From a virus, in the IMG/VR virus record IMGVR_UViG_3300010885_064671: a stretch of 26,734 nucleotides of DNA; one strand, written 5' to 3'. Position 1 is the stretch's first letter. Each line of letters starts with the position of its first letter. The position numbers and the translations under genes were made by a program. Below are positions 1-9,000 of the stretch, one piece after another. The notes under the pieces are model-generated. The model made no database searches and had not been told where the DNA came from. It saw only the letters and a program-made list of their open reading frames with translations.

Positions 1-3000
1 TCTCATTAATTCAACTAGTATAGAAAATACTCTAGAAATTTCTTTCTTGTCTGGGTTCGCAGATATGGCGTTAATCATAGGTTGATATGTTAAATCCGGA
101 TCTATAGTATCGACTATTTTTGATGCAATTTTATCGTATATTCTAGAATAATGTATACCGAATACATCTTCTTTCGCATCAAACATTTCAGCAAATTTTA
201 CAGACACCCCAGCACTATCAAATTTGTTTTCTCTAAAGAACTCAAATACTTTTTGCATTATTCCATCTAAGGATCCCTGTGTAGTGTTATAAAATATAAC
301 ACCTAAGGTTCTTGCATATCTATCTTTTAAAAACTCTGCTGTATTATTTATTGTATTTGGTTCAAAATCTGCTTCTGTTTCTAGTTTTCCAGTCACTCTA
401 GATTGCTTTACTCTTACCACAAAAGTTTTATTTTCTAGTGCTGTTTTTACAAATTGTGTTGCCATCATTCCGGGGCTACCAAAATCTTCTACTACTAGAT
501 CATTACCTGGCACTACTTGTTTGAAATAGGTTCCTTTACCAATATTTGGAAATACTTTTTTGTTAGGTATCAAAGTTATTTTATCTTCTAGTGCCAATTC
601 ATAGAGGGCTCTACCTTGTGCGTCACTTATTTCATATGTAAAATAATTCAATACACTTTGGCTATAGGTTGGATCTATTACCGATGAAGACAATACTGTT
701 GCACCTACAACATCAAATGAAGCACCCACATTTGTTACGGTTACCTTATCGCCCGCTACTCTTACTCCATCGATTTTTGACTCTGGAGTTAAAGTATTTT
801 GCGCCGCTTTATATAAAGCAAAGCCTTCAGTATCGTACTTAATCGCAGTCCCATCAGCATAGGTGTCCTGTGTCCCTGTCAGAAGAGTTGCATAATATTT
901 GTTATTAATATATCTTATATTTGTTCCGATAATGGATCCAGTTTTTAGAGCTGTATTAGTAAAACCTATTTGGATTTTTTCAGAAACGTTTATTCCATCA
1001 AGACGAACCGTAAAAGTTACATCTGGATTTAAGATGTCCTCAACTATTATTGTGTCACCGTCTGTTACACCAGAATTATCAAAACCACTACCCTTTTTCA
1101 GGGTGCATAAAACTTTGAAGAATGGTTCAAAAGTTGTTTTATCTGGCCCTAAACCAGAAAGCCCCAAAACTTGTGCATGGACTAAAGCATTTTCGTAGCT
1201 TACATATCTTACAAAATTATTAGTATCCTTTTCAGACCAACCCATACTCTTCATTAAGTCATTGGTCCTAATATATTGATACCCATCAGGGCTAAGTGTC
1301 TTCGTCCTAACTCCTAATATCCCAGGTAACAATGATATGCTATGGTATCTGCCTACAACCATACCTTGGTTATAAGACAAACCAGCTTCCATTGGCTGAC
1401 CATTTCTGGTTAAATATTGGATATAGCATCCGTGTTGATCTAGAAGTTTATCCCTAACCCAACTCCAAGCTTTCCATACTAGCGGACCAGCAATGATTGC
1501 TGCACCAGCGATAATCGGGGCAGCGCCTACTCCAGCCACAGTACCCGCAGCTACTGCAGCAGCTCCGCTTATACCAGCTGACACAGCACCACCAGTAGCT
1601 ACAGCCATTCCAGCAGTTCCCGCAATAACCGCAGCTATATTGCCTCCAGTAATCTGACCATTATTACCATTTACCTGAGCTTGCATTCTTATTTGATTAC
1701 CTAAACCAGTATTTGTCATACCCGATGCCGTAACATTGGCTATAACATCTTTTGTCAAAGCGGAAGAACCACCAGTAAACTGCATACCACCCATCATTTG
1801 AGGTGTTAAAGAGTTGCCAAGCGCGTCTAGAGATATTTCATCGCCCATTGTTATACCAGAGTTACCAGCTCTTATGGAATCTAAATAGATTCTTGTATCA
1901 TTTCTTATAGTTTGCACATTCAGCCAAGAATGTAGCCAAGATGTCATAAACCATTTTGCAGGATCATTTACTGTGACTAATGCATTAGGGGTTATCGAAG
2001 TTACAAAACCTAGCTCTGGAGTAAAATGATGTATGACTTGTTCGACTTCAAACATTCCATACATTCTTTCATATACATCGGCAAGATAAACTAGGTCGTA
2101 AGGTCTAATATCTGGGTTGCCTATAACTATTATTTCACCACCGTATATATCTTTTACAGATTCTTTCAAATGACTTAAGGCAATTCTCTTAGCACTAAGT
2201 TCATCTGGTGCTCCAGTTAAATTCTTTGATATTCCTCTGCCAGTTTCAAATGGATGCAGTAGTGGATGCAAAAAACCAAAGAACCCATTACCGACTACAT
2301 TGTCGAAGTATATTCCAGTTTCCACTGTAGCTTCTACTTGTCGATCAGCTGGAGCACCCTTGTCAAGTGCAACTGTAACTGGAGATTTGCCATCTGACAC
2401 TGCTGTTATCGTAGTCGCAACGCCAGAGCTTTCTTGTATCCTATTAGATAGGATATGGGAGAACGAACTAAGATAATGTATTCTTTGAAAAGGTTCCCTA
2501 ATTTCTATAACAGGTTCAGCGTACTCCCTAGTGAACGGGTTATCAACTGCTCGCAAAAGACTGCCAGGCCTACCCATAGAATAAAATATTGAATCATTTA
2601 AAGCTTTATTTAATATGTTTGCTTCTCTTGCAAGTATAGAACTCTGAGAAAGACCATACCCTGTTTGCAGCATATTTAGCTTAAACATCTGGAACAGAGC
2701 AGATAAGCTATCAGTTACGGCATTAAAAACTTGTCCTATACTTTGTTGATAAAAATCGCCCAAAGAAGTTAGACCCTTACTTACTAAGTTAGTTGAACTA
2801 TTACCTTCACCTTTATTCTTGTATAATAATTGTATAAATTGTGATTTGTCTTTAGCGTACGTGTTACCAGGAAAGATAAAAGCTTGGAAGATTGGGTTAA
2901 CTGGTTTAAAAGACCAGATGGTTTCTACTTTTGCATCTACAAAAATTTTTCTATCTGGCTTCAAAACAAGCCAAGCTCTTGCGTATGGATCAGACCAAAG

Positions 3001-6000
3001 ACTTTGCCTGAATAAACCAACTACATATAAAAATAAAGCTTTTGGATTTGTAATACTTTCAAAAAGATTCTTATCTTTACTATTTTCGACTGCAGCGGCA
3101 GCAGCTTGAGAACGCTCTATGGCTCTTGCGCGTGCAGCTAAATTTTTTTCACTCTCATAAGTGTTAGCTGCTTTTACTGGACTAAAATTTATTTGTATTT
3201 GAAATAGATTTTCTTTTAATGCTCTTATCTTATCTATCGTAAGTGCATTAAAGTAATTAATTAATCCACCCTGTTCTATTGGTGCATCTATTAAGTTCGC
3301 TCTTGCATATTCTACAGCTTTATTTTGGGCTGGCGTAACTGCATCCCCGAAAAGTAAACTAAATTCATCTATCGCATTACCTACACCGCCAGTAGGATGA
3401 TCTGCTGTTCCTCCAGTTTTAGTTGTTGTATAACCAAATTTCTTAAAAGATTCATAATCTTCTGGAATAGCGTCAGGAGAAAATATCTTTTGGATTTCTG
3501 GGGGAAAAATTTCTTCACTGTCTGGATCCATTGCCAACGTTGCAAAAAATATATCTTTGACAGATTGTTCGGTATGATAGCTAAATCTAAATTCATCCCA
3601 AATTTGCTGAGCTTGAGAAAGTGTTCTGCCGTTGCCTGCTATAACAGAAACTAACGGATCAAAATTTTCATCGTAAAATCTTCTAGCATCTACGGATGTA
3701 GAATCGGTGGCACTATACACCGATGCAAAGTGTACACGAGCATTGTTGCCGTAATCTATCATTTTACCATCTTCTGCCGCTAAAAGCCCTCTACCATATT
3801 CGACGGTCATATCAGCGTATTTTTTGGTTGCAATCTGGTCGTAATAATCACGATAATTACCGCCTTGAGAACCAGAGTCAGCAGAAGGGGCTGTAAATTC
3901 ATTTAGAATATTAGTACCCATACCAGGTTGGAGTAAATTTTCATCCTCTTCATAATAACCGGGTATAACCTGGGTTGAAGTACCACCATTTCCATCTGTT
4001 ATAACAACTACTACTTCTTCCTTAAATACTAACGATATATCAAATGACCCAAAACCTATAATAAAATCTTTTGAATCATCTTTAGCAAGGTTGTTAGTAA
4101 TTTTTTGGTCAGAAGTATATGCAACCCCTAAAGGAATAGTGTTAGGTACAAATGCAAAATGGCATTCTTGTATATCTGGAGTTATCGCATAACCCGGATT
4201 ACCACCACCTGCATCATTACTGTAATTACCTTTTTCATCTAAGCCGCGGTTAGGTGTCGTTAATACCCCAAGATAGTATGCAGCATCGGGTGAAACAACT
4301 GCGGACAAATTTCTCTCTTCATAATCAGGACCAAAACTATCGCTTTTTGGCCTTGATGCTTCTTTAGTGTCATTCTTCCCCCACATAAAATATGCCGGTT
4401 TACAAACTACAGCTGAACCCCTGCCGCTATCACCATTTGGATTATAGACTAAAATGTGTTGATTTTTATAATCTTGCGCAGTTCCTATTAGTTCTGACTC
4501 ATCACCATCAAAGTAATACTTTTTGAAACTACTAATAACCGAAGTATCTTTTGTACTTATATTGTATGGCCATCTCATAGCTATATGAAATTGCTCATCT
4601 ATTTCATTTTCAGGAAATTTCCATTCAGAGTATGGTTTCCACATACTATTATTTTTGAATTCAAATATATCAGGTACAACACCGCTAGAGGGAACTTCCG
4701 GGAAAGGCATTTTAACCGTGATAATATCTGGGAATACTCCATCTATGGGATTAGTGCTAAAGTCCAATGGATTACCTAAGAGTTCTGAAACCATTACACC
4801 AGAAATTCCTTTTTCTGATTGGAAAGATATGTCTAATGACAATAGTTGATTGAACTCTGCTCCATAAACTTTTTCAATTTTTTTTCCTATAAAATTTTTG
4901 TTATCAGATTTATATTCACCAGAAGCTCCGCTATCACCAGACAATTGTGAATATTGGAAAGAATAATTTTCCAGAGATAATTGGTCTTCTACTCTTGAAG
5001 CAAAGAACGGAAATCTAAATCTTGCTGGCAATTGAGGTATCTGCCAATGCCTGTCCTTGGAGTTTACAGATGAGCTAACCTGCTCCGAGCCAACAGGCAA
5101 GTGGAATCCGACTCCCACATTACCTTTTAATGTTGGAAGTTTTGCAACGGGTATTCCTTTATCGTCTAATGCAATTTGAGCTTTTTTTGAATTAAGATTA
5201 ATTAACTTTCCCTTTAATTGTTTGGATGTGTTGAAGATACCGGTAGACAAAAGCTGTGATTCAGTAGAAGCAGAAAGACCAGCAATTGGTTCCGTACTCT
5301 TGAGGAATGCTTCTGCATCTGCATATGGTGTAATATTCTTATTCATTTCTGTAATTATATTTAAAAGATCAAAATCAGGACTATTTATTTGTGGTGGAAT
5401 TATCCCCAATTCTTCGGCCTTGTCATCTCCAGGGTAACCAGTAGTTATTGGGATAACTCCAGAGGTGTATAACCAATGAGGTTTACCATAGAACACGGTT
5501 GACCTATCTTCAAATGGCCTAACAGCAACAATATAATTAGGCAATAACCTTGCGCAAGTCTGAAAGAGTTCCCACACAGTTCTCATGTATGTTTGGGCCC
5601 TAAACGATACCTCATCGAACCCCGGCATGTCGTCGTCTGAATTTGCGGAAACTAAACCTAAAGTTCTAAAAATATTATTTCCACCTCTACCACTCAAAAC
5701 TCCTAGTAAGCCTACACCGATACCAATGGTCGCAGTTACGGGACCACCAGCTATAGCCATAGTCGCCCCTATCCCACCTAGAGATAAGTTTTTGGTTAGA
5801 GTAGCAGAGCCAGTTGGATCTCGTACGGTACCACCACTAGCTGATTGCTCTACTACTTGTGATGATCCAGGAACACCAGAATCCAACTTTACCATTAAAT
5901 TATTCCATGATCTATCTGATAATCTACTTAAATAATCTAGTCTTGGGTTTGGTTGATTTTCTGGCGTTATTGAAGCAACACTTGTCCACCCGTCGCCAAG

Positions 6001-9000
6001 GTCACCACCAAGGAATTGGGCTATCCCTGTACCATTTCCTGGATATATATTTCTTTTAAATATTTCCATATCTCTTTGTGCAGAAAAATTTGCCCAAAGT
6101 TGACCCATCAAAGAAGCTACTGGATACCTAAAATCTTGGCCAACACCAACTGATTGTAGAGCATACTTTGCTATCGTCCCACCACTTAATTCGTTTGCCG
6201 CTTTGTGAGCATCTGCTATTCCATCTACCCTTTTATAATGTTGTGCTTCTTCGCGAGGTGTCATAGGTTGATATAACATTGAACCAAAATGTCTTATACC
6301 GAATTTATTTTCAGAAAAAACTAATCCCCTATTAGCGTTGGCTATACCCTCTTTGAATCTAGACGAACCCATAGATAATAATCTAACCATTAAATCTCTT
6401 GGTTCAGATAACCATAAGCCTGTATTAATACCACCATCTATTTTGCCACTGTCACCTTTTTTATTTGTAGAATTTGCCATAGCTCCAAGCTCTATCGCGT
6501 CTGACTGAGCTGTGATTGTTATTATCTCGCCGTATTCTACTTGGGTTATTGTCCCATTAAATAACGTTTGCAAGCTGTTAGGGTTAGAGCCATAACCCCC
6601 TCTTAAATGGACTCTGACACCTGGCTTTAAAACTATGTTTTCAATATTTACAGTATATTCATTTTTCATATTGCCAAGAATATTTCTTGCCTTGTTTAAT
6701 GTATTGTCTAATATACTTGCTGTTTGGCTACCAAGAAATGTACTTGCAACTTGAGAATCTGGACCAAAGATGTCAGTAGACGCTGCCTTATTTAATTTTG
6801 AATAAAGATTAGAAACTCTAAATATAAAAGTATCACCAAGTAAATCCTCGGAAGATACAACAGAAAAATCTATTATTGATTGCAAACCATAAAAATTATC
6901 AAATAGTTTAACTCCAGCAAAGAAGCCACCTTCGTCTATAAGCCAAAGCATATAGGTGGGGAATGCTCTAATCATTCTACCTGAAAGATCTCTATAGGAA
7001 GTATCAACCAACATTTTTTCCCAATGACTGTTAACTGATGTTGGAGGAGAAGAATTTTTTGAGGAGAATTCTGGTCCACCATTATCTCCGTGAGATATAC
7101 AACTACCATACCCAGAAAGAGGTGTTAGTGATGGTATAGCCGAATTTGTTGTTCCATGTGCTGGGTTCATGTGTTCATCTATACTAGATGGGACTAACTG
7201 CATACTCCTTGTATCTTTGTCTACTTTTACCCCATCAATAGTTAAGTAAAATCTTCCCTCTTTCTCTAAATCCACATAGCCAAAATTGACACCATAGGCC
7301 GTAGTAAGCATTGCGGGTATTTTTCCTGGATCATTTGGATCTTTTATTGGCATCATGTGTATCTGATGATGCGCCGGAAAATCTTCTGGCATAAAGCTAA
7401 CTTCGGTTTCCCCAGGTACACTGTATTCTCCCTCTAGAGCTGATTGAAGTTGGTCAAAAACTTGTTGACCACTAGATTTAAGATCGCCGACTTGAAAGCC
7501 TGCCGAAACAACATTAGTTATATCTATATTGCCGCTAGTTGGATCTTCTATAAATTCTAAATAATCTGTTAAAACTCCTTGGGCGACCTTGTAATCCACA
7601 TCAGTCCCATTACCTTGTGCGTACTGGCTAAATGTTTTCATAAATAAAATATAATCTATATTATTTTCATTTATCCAAGCAGCAATGCCATTGAGTTTGT
7701 TTTTCTTAACTTCTTCATTGTTAATATTATCCCAATTTCTTAAAAAATCAGGAAGATAACTTTTTATTTTTTCTTCTTGGACAGCTAACGCTTTAGAAGA
7801 TGATGTAGGAATGTCTATCTTTTGAGATTGAGTTTTAATATTATTAACAACATCTTTATCAAACATTTCAAAACTTCTGAAATAAAAATCAGGATCTAGA
7901 TTACCAACTATTTCATTTGAACTATTTTTTACGTCCAATGGTAGATCAGGATACGCATTAAACGAACCCCACAATTGTTTAATTCTTAAAAATGGATTTC
8001 TTTTAGCTGCAAAATTATCTATAAAATCTTGCTGTAATTGGGAACTCATTTTTTCCCTTGTTTGCTGGAAGACATCAAAGTCCATTAATGTTATATTCAC
8101 CTCGTAGGCATGAGGATAATCTGGTATTGTAGATATAGAATAGTTGGATGGTATAACATATTTTATACCAGACAATGCTGTTATTATATTTTTTATTCCT
8201 ATAAAACCTAGAACACCTCCCGCATGTTCTAGTCTTGCTAAAGAATTTACATGGTCAAATACTTTTTTTATTTTGGCCAGTTCCATTTCGCCTTTGACAA
8301 TCATTGATATATTTATGAAAGAATCTTTTCCACCTATATGCTGATAGGTCGGCTCATCTTGCATCTGTAATTGTAACTTAGCTAAATTATTTCCAAATGA
8401 TACACTGACACCTTTTACCGTAACATACTTGGGGTCAAGATCCACTTTCATCATTGGGACTTCCCACTCCCTAAATTGGAAAGCTCCGGATTTAGCTCTT
8501 GCAGCTTCCATCAAAGCTTGTATCGGCCCACTATTAAAAAATCTTTCATAAGCCAATACGCTAAAGACATCTGAAACTTCTTTTTTTGCTTGGTTCTTAA
8601 TATCTTGATATCTTGGAGTTCCTTCAGACCCTTCTACGGGCAAATTTACTCCCTCAGCTTTTGCTCTTTTATCCGCAAGCGTTGATATTGTATGATCTAA
8701 ATAAGCCGTCGAACTTTTTGATATCCTCTTTATATAATCTTTAGCGGCTGAAAGAGTACCTTCAAACATTTCACCGTTAACCCTATATGTGCTTGTCCCA
8801 CTTGTACCCGGTGTTGAAGTAGAATTCATGTCTTGAAGATATTTTTTTTCTGCAGCTGCTAAGGATTTATTTTCTATCATAAATACCTTAACTAAATAAT
8901 CATAAATCTTTTTTTGAGAATCATTTCCAGAAACACCAGTAGTTAATATATCCATTGAATCTTTTAATATACTTTTTATGTTTCTATTGTATTGACCGCT

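Noticed and set aside
4501-4518. YYFDGD in the giant protein as an RNAP DxDGD motif
   Set aside because: It lacks the first Asp and has no supporting polymerase motifs around it.
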